This document shows positions 38,000 to 48,509 of a stretch of 64,000 nucleotides of DNA, one piece after another. A model generated the notes under the pieces. The model did not search any database. It was not told where the DNA came from and saw nothing but the letters and a program-made list of their open reading frames with translations. Origin of the DNA: Selaginella moellendorffii (Eukaryota; Plantae; Lycopodiophyta); assembly GCF_000143415.4 (NCBI RefSeq), contig NW_003314347.1, forward strand, positions 62,001-126,000, given 5' to 3'. The translations under genes were made by a program, and so were the position numbers. Position 1 is the first letter of the stretch. Every line of letters begins with the position of its first letter.

Positions 38000-38255
38000 A
38001 CTTTCTCAACTATCCCAGTTGCTCCGACTACCCGTGCCAAGTTTTCGCCCCTCATCAAGACGGTACCATCTTAATCGTGTCAAGTTCTCAAATATGATAA
38101 TAGCGGTGCCATCCAACCTTGGAGACATTATATCAGGATTACTGGAGGTTTTAATTTGTTCTTTACAGGTGTACATTACAAGGTGTTTACTGTCCACGTA
38201 TGCCCGACTGAGAAGAAGCATGGGACCGTGTTCATCACGTAATAGCAAACAAGGA
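38000..38255 (+). pseudogene. Short 2OGD fragment
   Basis: CGCCCCTCATCAAGACGGTACCATCTT (PHQDGTI), AACCTTGGAGACAT and GTTCATCACGTAATAGCAAACAAG match 2OGD exons 2-3. Confidence 0.75.
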
Positions 38256-38593
38256 GCCGCCGAGGAGTTTAGTTCTGCCGCCCAGGAAGTCGCTCTTTCT
38301 AGCGTCGAAGTGCTCTGATCGAGCCGCCACTCATTAAGATGCTTCTTTTTCGCGATCTGCGATGGCGCATTGGCGGCCACGACCGTCATTGACTTCGTGT
38401 TCAAATTATAACCCTAGTTCCGAACACGAAAATCAGTCCATAAAGAACCTGTTGTTGGCTTGGATCACTGTCTGCTCATAAATAGTGCACATTGTAAACA
38501 GTCCCTTGTCGTGTTTCAAGCCACGAATCTTTAGCAAAGCACAAAGATTTGCTACTTAAGAAGCCCCACCAACACAAGTCTCAGCGTTGTAAA

Positions 38594-39631
38594 ATGGCGG
38601 CCATTCCAGTGGTGGATTTTGCACTATTTGTGGAAGACAAAGCTGGCCCAGATATTGCTAGGAAACGCCTGGAATCACTGGCAACAATCAACAAAGCGTG
38701 TAGGGAATTTGGTCTGTTTCAAGTGATTAACCATGGTTTGGATTCTCTCCTCTTGAGCAAGGTACTCCAAAACGCTCACAGCTTCTTTGAGCTCCCTCTG
38801 GAGTACAAGTGCAAATTTAGCACTGCCAACAACGGAATGGGTTTCGTTCACCGAAGTGGTGCTAAAGGAGGACCTCCTGATCGAAAGGAACATTTCATGT
38901 TTGCTGCGGAAGGTAAGTCCACCTTGTGGCCAGATCTAGTACCAAGCTTCAGGTACTTTCACAAAATCTTACATATTGTTAAATAGCTTACTCGTGAATC
39001 ACAGGCCAGATGCTGTGGAAGTGTCAAAACAAATGCAAAAACTGTGCGACAACATGATGGCCATTTTGTCCCAAAGCCTAGGATCTCCTGACAAAACACT
39101 CCGGAACTGCTTTGACAAGAATGAAGATTACTACAACTTTCTCCACTATCCAGGTTGCTCTGACTACCAGGGCCAAGTTCTCGCCCCTCATCAAGACGGT
39201 ACCATCTTCACCATAGTGTCACAACTTAATCGTGTTCCTGGTTACCAGGTTCTCAAAGATGGGACTTGGCATCTTGTAGTGCCAGTAGAAAATTCACTAA
39301 TTATCAACCTTGGAGACATCATACAGGTAAGTGGTATTTGTTCAAATCTTTTTCTCTCATTGTCTTCAACGGAAAAAAGGTGTGGACAAATGGACTTTAC
39401 AAAGCTGCCGTTCATTGCGTAGTAGCCAACAAGAAGCAGCGTTTCTCGTTTGTTTACCACCATGTCGCTGAAGGCAAAACTAGGATCGCTCCTCTTCCAG
39501 AATTTGTGAGTGATCAGCCAAAGTACAAAAGCTTTCTCCAGGAGGAGTATTTGAAGTTGCGTTTTGAGAACAAGAGGTTGGGAAACAACTTCGAGAAAAA
39601 CATCACTATTGATTATTATCTTGTTGATTAG
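38594..39631 (+). CDS. 2-oxoglutarate/Fe(II)-dependent dioxygenase, copy B, 310 aa; exons 38594-38952, 39005-39326, 39380-39631
   Basis: Same exon structure as copy A; HQD...H (AAVHCVV) and RFS motifs retained; frame intact after splicing. Confidence 0.93.
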
Positions 39632-39691
39632 GCAATTATCTGTTTTTAGATCTTTTAAGACTCAATAAATTTCTAGGTTTAGGTTTCAAAG

Positions 39692-40105
39692 ATGGTGAAG
39701 GTGACGCTAAAGAGTGCAGAGGGCGATGTGTTTGAGGTTGATGAAGAGTTAGCTTTGGAATCTCTGATGGTGAAAAACATGATTGAGGACGTTGGGTTAG
39801 ATTCGGCGATATCTTTACCCAATGTTTCCAGCACTATCCTGGCCAAGGTGATTGAATACATCAAGTTTCATATGGACGCTCAAAAGGACGGGAGCAAGAA
39901 GACCAGCGAGGAGATCAAGGCTTTTGACGACGACTTTGTTAATGTTGGTATTCCCACGCTCTTTGAAATGGTATTGGCCTCAAACTATCTCAACGTCAAG
40001 AGTTTGCTGAGTTTAACGTGCAACACTGTTGCCAACATGATCAAGACCAAGCCACCTGCAGAAGTTAAGGAGATGTTCACATCTGCTAAACAAGCTAAAG
40101 CGTGA
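39692..40105 (+). CDS. SKP1: SKP1-like protein, intronless, C-terminally truncated (137 aa)
   Basis: KVTLKSAEGDVFEV...ISLPNVSSTILAKVIEY...TLFEMVLASNYLNVKSLLSLTCNTVANMIK; lacks the usual FNIKNDFTPEEE...ENQWAFE end. Confidence 0.88.
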   Translation: MVKVTLKSAEGDVFEVDEELALESLMVKNMIEDVGLDSAISLPNVSSTILAKVIEYIKFHMDAQKDGSKKTSEEIKAFDDDFVNVGIPTLFEMVLASNYLNVKSLLSLTCNTVANMIKTKPPAEVKEMFTSAKQAKA

Positions 40106-40164
40106 TTTATAGAGTTTCTTATGTTTTAGTTTTTTTATTCAGTAGCTCTATTCTTTACTGCTAC

Positions 40165-41294
40165 CTAGAAAAGCCAAGGAATTTTTGTTGGTGGAGGTTC
40201 TCTTGCGCATCCAAACAATAATGAAAATCCTGGCAAATTAAAACCAAAGTTAATATAAAAGAATATTTATTATTTTGAGAAGTTCTACCGCGCACCGTGC
40301 CATCTTGCCTTGTCTCTCTTCCAAGGTTGATGTTTTCTATGCGAGCCGGCCTCAATCCTACACGTCAGAGGTGGACAGAAGCTCAGACTCCGGCCAAACA
40401 TGTGTGTCACATGAGAAAACGATGATTGTGGAGGAATAACCGAGGAGAACGACTGGGAAGTTGGCAATATTGACAAGGTCAGTATGTTTGAGGCGTCTTT
40501 TTCCTGGTTCGTGTTGTAAATTTTAATTCTTTGCAGGAGTATAACACACAAGTACTGATCCAAGGCTGGGAACTTCGTTCCATCATTGGCAATGCTGAGA
40601 AGAGCTCCCCTGAGGGGATAGACGAGGTCGTTGGCAAGCTCCCGGCTAGCCAAGCCAGTGCCTTGTAATCTTTGTGAAGAACGTCCTCAACTTCGACCAA
40701 ATCTCTTCCATAGCTCGTGTCAAGGCTGCACATCGGGTGTTCGGAGAGACAGCTCGTCAGCTGGAACATAAACTGGTCCGTGTTGATAACCAGTGCTAGC
40801 ATCCCCAGCTTTGGCTGATGCCGAGCTCTTGGATAGTCCTGGAGTCATGGCGGAAGTTGTCAACTTGTGTCTGGAGCTCCAGCATCTTCTCCAACAATCC
40901 TCCACCCAGTTCTTAGAAAAGTTGGACATTCATTCTCACTGGGGAGCTCCTTGAACCTCGCATATGAACCATGCACCACATCTTTGCCTTTGCAAGCGAG
41001 GTCTCATCTTTTTGCCGACCTGCAAGAAAAAAAGTATATGAACTCAAATACAAACAGGTTTTTCTTATAGCTTTATAGAAAAAGAAAGGAGGTGTGAGCT
41101 TACCAAGACAAAAGGTGGCCACTCCCAAAGTGCTCCAGCAATCTGAGAAGTGAACTTGATCTCAGCAAAAAGAGAGGCAAATTGCTTGGAGAGGATAGTG
41201 ACTCAAAAGTCCCCAAGCTGTTGTCACTTGCTCCAACAACAAGAATGTGGATGACTTCCTTGTTAACATGTCCATAATTCAATTTTTCATTCAT
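40165..41294 (-). pseudogene. DAO-family FAD oxidoreductase, microbial type, copy 2; near full length but with deletions and frameshifts
   Basis: Stitched translation: HILVVGA..TTAWGLL..VTILSKQF...TSQIAGALWEWPPFV^GRQKDETSLAKAKMWCM...LEKMLELQTQVDNFRHD...ELANDLVYPLRGALLSIANDGTKFP...GLRPARIENINLGRE; GT-AG introns; Rossmann GxGxxG partly deleted. Confidence 0.82.
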
Positions 41295-41339
41295 TCAAAC
41301 TATGACTTTAGCTGTATTTTAAATGGCATTTTGTTTCCT

Positions 41340-44300
41340 TATATCTAAGGACTTTGAGAGTGGTGATACATAAACTTCTTCAGCTCGTCAAGAATTAATT
41401 TATTGAAAGCTTCAATATTTAAAGTTTTATGATCTTCACCAATTTCAAAATCTTTATTGACATATTTCTTATATATCTTGTAACCTTCTTGAAAAATGAC
41501 TTCAATTAAGTCTTCTATAGCCCTATGCTGGACAACCAAGGTGGCTAAGTGCTATTAATATCTTAATCATTGATATATAGATGTTATCTAAGCTTGTGAG
41601 AAGTATTTTTTCTTTTTTTCTCTAAAACTTAGACCTTTTCCATTTTAGGATTAGCTAGAAAAAGCCAAAAAAAAGAAGAAGAAATTTTATGGGCTTACTA
41701 AGTGTAGTAAATGCTTTTAGTGCTTTTTGTGTGGCACACATCTTCTCTTTTTTTTCTGGCTATGTCTTCACTTTAATAAATTTGTTAATATTATTAAATT
41801 TTATCAAAAATTCCTCCTTGATAATCTCGAGTTGCTTATCTTTGAACTAATCTTGTATATGTGATTCACATTTTTTGCTCCCCTTTTGACACTATAGCAA
41901 CACTAAGATTTAACTATCAAAAACAGTTTTCTTGTTTATAGTTTTTGACCTTGATATGTTTAAGTAGCTTCTTGTCCCCATACATGTAAATAGGCGAGGT
42001 AAAGGACAACCATAACTCAATAATGGTTGGAATCCCTTTCTATAAAGATTTGAAATATCTGAAAAATAGAGATAAAGATAGAAAGTGCCTCACGTGATAG
42101 CTTGGGTGGTGGTGCTTGTGAGCACTCAAAGCTATTATAGAGGGAACCATAGCACCACTCCCCCTCATGCAATAGCTTGAGAGGTTGCATTCACCACCAT
42201 TGAAGCTATCATGGGGGGAGGCCATGGCATGCTACCACTTGAGTTGCCATGAGGGGAGCCATGACACTACTCCCCTCATGCAGAGCTTGGGCCTCACCAC
42301 CATCTGAGTTGTTATGGAGGAAACCATGCCACCACTTCTCACCTCGCCACTATCTAAGTTGCTAGCCATGGTGCTGCTCCCTTTCATGTGGCAGCTCAAT
42401 TCATGATTGATTCCTATGATTAAGATTGCCACTAAAACTACCATAGCATCATGCTTTTGCAACAAATCACACTTGCCCAGCTTAAGCAGCTATGCTAAGA
42501 ACTCTAACCCAATTTTAATGTTGACATCAACCCTAGAAACCTTTAAAACTTTAAATAAATTTTTGGAGAAATTTTTATAAAGAGTGTTTTGATTTTCCCT
42601 CATTTTAGGTACAATTAAAGATCCAATAATGAGTGATGTTGTGATGGCAATAATGAAATATCAAGAGAGAGAAATGTTGCTAGAAATAGAATGACGGATA
42701 GAGAAAAGATCCTTATGTGCTTTCTTTAAGTTTCATTTTGATTGGGTTAGAATGTTGCAAAAGGCTCAAGGTATAATATTGTTTTAGGTTACTATGATAA
42801 AGATATTTTTAGGTGGGAAAATATTTCACACCAAATCAGATTGTAGAAGTATATTTTCAACTAAAGAAGCTTATAATAGGTTCAAATGATGCCTCAACCT
42901 AGAGTAAAGAAGTTTTTTCTTTAATGACAAATGAGAAAGAGTTGTGTGCACCCTTGGGAAAAACAAGTTTTTCAATGGCAAATACAACAAAAATGTAAAT
43001 ATAAAAAAATATGTGGGTAGTGGATTTATATTTGAGCTACTAAAGACTATGAAAATTGCAAGCAAACTAATTTGAAGTAATTATGTGGGAACTCTTGTGA
43101 ACCAATCCAAACTTTCTAAATACTATAATAGAAACTTAGTGTTTAAGCTTCCACCTTCTCAAAATTCTATAGAGGGGATGCATTAGGACCAAGATGGGCA
43201 TGTTTAGGTGAAATTTATGGCTTGGAGAGTTGATTATTTTGCTGGAAGAGTCTGAAGGAGTAACTATGTTAGATTTTTTTAATGTTTCAAATTAAACTAC
43301 TTATATTATGATTAGTTTTAAGAGTTTAATTGCAAAGAGTTTCATAACATATTCCATATTTGACCTAAACGTGGTGAGGTACTTATAGCACTTGCAAAGA
43401 GTTTCCACGATGAAGGAGAATGTGGAGCTCATATCTTTAAGTTATCTGAAATAATATGATGTTTACTAGAGCAACAATTCATGTTAATTAATATAATCAT
43501 CAAATGGGGAATGGGATATATTTAGAGTATTTGGACGTGGTTATATCTATTATTTCAAAGGTAATATATTAATCTTCGAGTGCTCAACTTGCATTATAAC
43601 TATTAAAGTAGTAAATGAGTTGACTATTCAAAATTTCTTGTGATTAATTTCAAACACTTTGATGCCTTCACTTTAACAATTGAGTAAAACACTAGATAGT
43701 CTTTCAGCACTTACTAGCAAATAAAAGTATATTTAAAGAGTATCTTTAGTAAACTAATCATAGTATAGTAAAAGTATAAGTAAATACAAAAAATTTATAA
43801 AAACATACTTTATAAAACATGAAGTGATAGTGTGGACTATGAGGGCAGTGCCTCAAATTGCAAAGAAGGGTTGTTAATTGTGATTTGAAATGGTCAGCTT
43901 AAGGCTCACAAAAGTGGCTGCAAATCAACTTGGTGTTGGAGAATGTGCAGCGAAGAATGGGGGGAAATGCAAGTGGCCAAAATGGCTTGAGCATTTACAA
44001 CTTATGCAAGGATTACCTCATAACAAGGCAATGGCATTGAGCTTGGGCATTGTGATGGTGAAGAGGGAAGTGTTTCAAATAGGATTGCAAGTGGTGGAGT
44101 AATTGCCACAGTAGAAGCAAGGGCAAAAGTATTATGATGGTTTTGGAATTTTTAGGTGGTGTGGATGGGAGGTGGTGTTAGAGCTAGATGTTGTGTTTGG
44201 TGTTTAAGTAGCTGTAAAGAAGAATTGGGTGCTATTATTTGTGCATTGAGCCACATGAGTTATATGAGCCACAATTAGGGTGGAAACCTTGTTATAGTAG

Positions 44301-47060
44301 GGTTGGACAACTTGTGTGTCGATCACTAGGTTATTTCTTAGAGCAAGGGAATGTTGTGGAGGATTGCCTTAGTTGCTTAAATCATGACAAAGATGGTGAG
44401 GGCAATCGTCTTAGGAATGTAGGCTTTGCATATTACAAATGCCCCAGATGGGTTGATACTCAACTAGTTGCAAGAACATGTAGGGCTTAGCAATCATTTC
44501 AAGATCAGTGGTTAAATGTTGAAGGTTATTAAAGATTGAAGGAGGTAACAAATTCCCAAGGTAGCCACCCTAAAAGGATTTTTGCTAAGTTGGAAGCAAG
44601 GAAGAAGGCGGCAAAAGAAAATATATCTAGGTGCTAAGTTCTGGCATAGTGGCTTGAAGTTTTACATTTTCTATTTGCAAGTGTAAAGTAGATGATAGAT
44701 TTGGAATTAGATTGTATCCTAAAGAAGTATAGAAAAATAGTTGTAATAGTGGTGGCAGAAAATTATATGCCATGTGTTCTTTTGTCTTTCTGTCTTTGTC
44801 TCGTCCTATAAAGTGTTTACAATTATGATCACTATTTAATCCTGAAAATATGGCCACACTACTTAGTATAGCTCTCCTCACTTGAACTCTATAGGTTTAG
44901 GTGACAAGATTTGGGTAGTGCACTAGAAATGACAATTGAGAAACACCCAAGTCTTTAGAAGTGAGACACTAAATCTCACTCCCTTTACAATATTGTATAG
45001 ACAAAAATCTATATTATAGTCTTTCATGATTTATGTACAAATGCCTTCCCAATGGTAGTGACTATATGGTGACTCTTGACTTGACCATCAGCTATGTGGC
45101 ATATGTAAAGAATATTTTAGAGGATCTATAGTTATGTTTTCAAAATATTGGTGGATGGTATTGAAAATGGAGTTGCTCTTGTTAAGAAGATGTAGCTACA
45201 CATGGATTTACAATACTTATGAATGTGCTTTGACCATACATATAAAATTCCCAAGTGGTCTACAATAACTACCACTATTATAACCCTAGGTAAATGTATA
45301 CTTGTTCACTAATAATGATCCTTTATGTAGAGCACAATCCTTAATGGTGATAGTTGTTTGTGAGATGAAAGGAGAAGATATGCTAGCTTTAGTTCTTTTT
45401 TGAATACTGCTAAACAAAATATATCAAGTTAGATCATAATCTTCAACACCATCAATAAGTGAGGAAACACAAATAAATTGGTAAGTTATTAAAACTGTAT
45501 ACAATAGTGGTCCAAATAAGGTTTTAATCAGTTAAGAGAAGAGTTATCTTTTCCATTGGGAGCAAAGTTTACATGAACACATAGAGAAATGCATTCAAGT
45601 TGAATACTATGATAAACATAAATGGTTGTATTGAAGTTTAAAACTACAAACACTTTAGAAGTTGTAAAAAAGTAGTACAAGTTAATATATTTATGGTGGG
45701 CTAAAGGTAAAGTAATTTTAGGATTATAGACTTGGTTGGCATGGTATTTATTTGTTTTCCACATTGGAGACTTTAGTTATTTCTCATATGAGCAAGTAAT
45801 AATATTAATATTTTTTATTAATTTTCTTTTTTTCATAGATAAAAATAGATGTTGCCTAAGTTCTAATAATAAATATTTTATTAAGAGTTAGTGGCTATAA
45901 AAAACAAGTAACTCTAAATATGTAACTTTATTTGAAGCTTGTTGGACATTTCTATCCTACAATAAGCATTTATGCATGCTTATATAAAAGGCTAAGTTAT
46001 AGGAAATATATCAAATTTTAAAGATTTAATAACACACTTATCTGTTATAATATCAATATGACTTCTTTGATCACAAACTCACAGAAGTGATAAAATCGTC
46101 CTTAGATGATTTTGGAATTCTATTTACAAGAAAACTAATTAAGAACCTTGAAACTGTCAAAGGAAGTGATGAGTAAATAAAATAATGCAGCTGACAACTT
46201 TATATTGTCCCGAGTACAACTATGTCACTAGAGAACAAAGAGGACCAATACTACTAAATAACTATTTTACTTAAGCACTTCCAAGTTAAAAAATAAAAGA
46301 TTTATTAGATTGAGTGGGCTATATATCAACCTGGAGTAGGATGTACAATCAAGTATCTTACCTAGATTAAAGGAAAATTGTGTGATAAGTAGATTGTTAT
46401 AGAAACTTTATACACTTCAGCCCTTTATTTTTGGAAACAATGATAATATGTTAATCCTCTGCAAAATTAATCAATTTATATGGTTTTGTCTAATGAAAAT
46501 TTTACACACATGGTATGTTATAGAGTAAATTATTCAAAAACAGCTTTAGTTGAAGTAAGCTTTAAATTTGAAAAGAACACTTTACAATTATAACCATAAA
46601 TTTAACTTCAACACTTTTCTCAAGGCATGGTCATAATTGCATTTATATATACTTCCTTCAACATCCTTACAAGTATATATATTTTATTTATTGTATGCTT
46701 CTTGGGATGGATTTAAATGTTCACCTTTGGATTCATCACCCTATGATATTTGAATATGAGGTGTTCATGACATTGAAAAAAAATTAAATATTGGTATTAT
46801 ATTTGAATTTAATATAATATAAATAAATTTTATTTATAAATTACACTATAGGGCATTTCTTATAATTAACACAAAGGGATTTTACAGTAATAATAAAATA
46901 TTTCATATAAATATAAATTATAAGAGAATTACTATAATAGTAAATTAAATATTAAAATAATAATTTATTCTGTAAATTAGGTGATAGATACACAGATCTA
47001 AATATTATTAAAATCATTAATTGTTTAAAATACCTATTTAATAAACTAAAACCTTAATAA
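41340..47060. mobile_element. AT-rich degenerate sequence, probably decayed transposon(s)
   Basis: 5.7 kb without an intact ORF in an otherwise gene-dense region; short peptide MCFDHTYKIPK (+, 45223-45255) is reminiscent of a Mutator-type DDE first-Asp motif. No termini identified. Confidence 0.35.
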
Positions 47061-47346
47061 AGTATTCTATCATGTACCTATTAATCTGGCTCACTGTGTT
47101 GGCAGATCTATCCATCCAAAGGAACCAAAACTTGTACTAGCCGCACAATGATAGCCATGACAACTCTTAAAGAATAAAAAACAGGATGCTTATTTATATA
47201 TGACATTGCTAATCATAAAGCCAAAAGAATAGAAAAATTATTGAAACGCTAATGCCCAAATTTAACAGTTTGGACAAGTACATACAAATTTAATGTGTGA
47301 AAGAGCTATTGTGCTTTGTTGGAATATCTGCCATTAGTTGCAATCT

Positions 47347-48509
47347 TTACGCCCATATTCCAATAATCGACATGAGGATTGCTCCGAGGAGAAGTGACGA
47401 GTAGCCCACAACTTGGCGTGGAATGCTGGTGAAGAACTCCTTGCTCAGGAAATCAGTAGCGATCAAGTCCACGAGAGCCATGTAAACCAAAATCCCCGAG
47501 GACGTGGAGTTGAAGAAGCCTTGTATAAGCAGCGCCTTGTGATCGAACTCATTGTACGTGGAAGCGATTCCAAGCCCGATCGCCATCCCAGCGGGCGTTG
47601 TAAAGCTGAAGAAGAAAGCCATGATCGCTTGAGTTTTGATCGTGAAATCGCCCAGGCAAATGCATCCACCGAGTGCCATCCCCTCGAAGAACTGGTGGAA
47701 GCACAGTGCCGCGATAAGGGGCCTGATTGTGCAAGGGCTCTTCAAAACACCCATGCCAATACCAATCACAACCGAGTGAGTGATGATTCCAAGCTCCAAC
47801 ACCTGTGCGTATCCATGAAACCTTTAGACGTATGCGACAGTCCACGATCAAAGACATTGCAAGCGCCCAAGCACAAGTCTAGACAATTCTTGCAACTATA
47901 GAACAGAATTCAATCGAGGTTGTAACCTTGATCGATCCAGAACCCCAAACTCACGAACTCAACTTTAGAGATCATGGAGAGATAACTCACCTGAGCTATA
48001 ACTTTGTTGCGAGCTTCCGCGCTCACGCCAATATCGAGAGTATGCGAGTGCCCGCCATGGCCACGAGGTTCTACAACCGCATTGCCATTATTGCTAGCTG
48101 TGGTTGCAAGCTCCAGATCATTCTTTTGATCCTTGTCCATCCCCGCATTGAGACGAGTGTAGTACGTCATGCCCATGGTGTCCATGCACAGCGTGAAGAT
48201 GACGGCGAGCATGGCGATGAGTCCCGCGAATGGGAACTTCCCCCACGGCATCTCGGGCAGGCAATCGCTGCCGAGCGTGTCAAACGACTCGGGCAGCAAG
48301 TGCACGAAGCCCGTGGCGAGGATGATCCCGGCGGAGAAGCATCGACCCGCGAAGAAGAGCCTGCCTTGCGTGAATCCCTTGACGAGCAGCGGCACGGCGA
48401 CGCCCAGGATGGAAGTGATGAGGATCGCGAAGAGGGCGCCGACGTTGAGGCGCCTGGCGGCATCGGCGTCGATGCAAGAGGTCGCGTCGCTGATACACAC
48501 AGCAGACAT
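47347..48509 (-). CDS. ZIP-family zinc/iron transporter, 324 aa; exons 48509-47991 and 47802-47347
   Basis: FSAGIILATGFVHLLP, His-rich loop HGGHSH, AQ^VLELGIITHSVVIG, FHQFFEGMALGG, GILVYMALVDL, IGIWA end. Confidence 0.94.
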
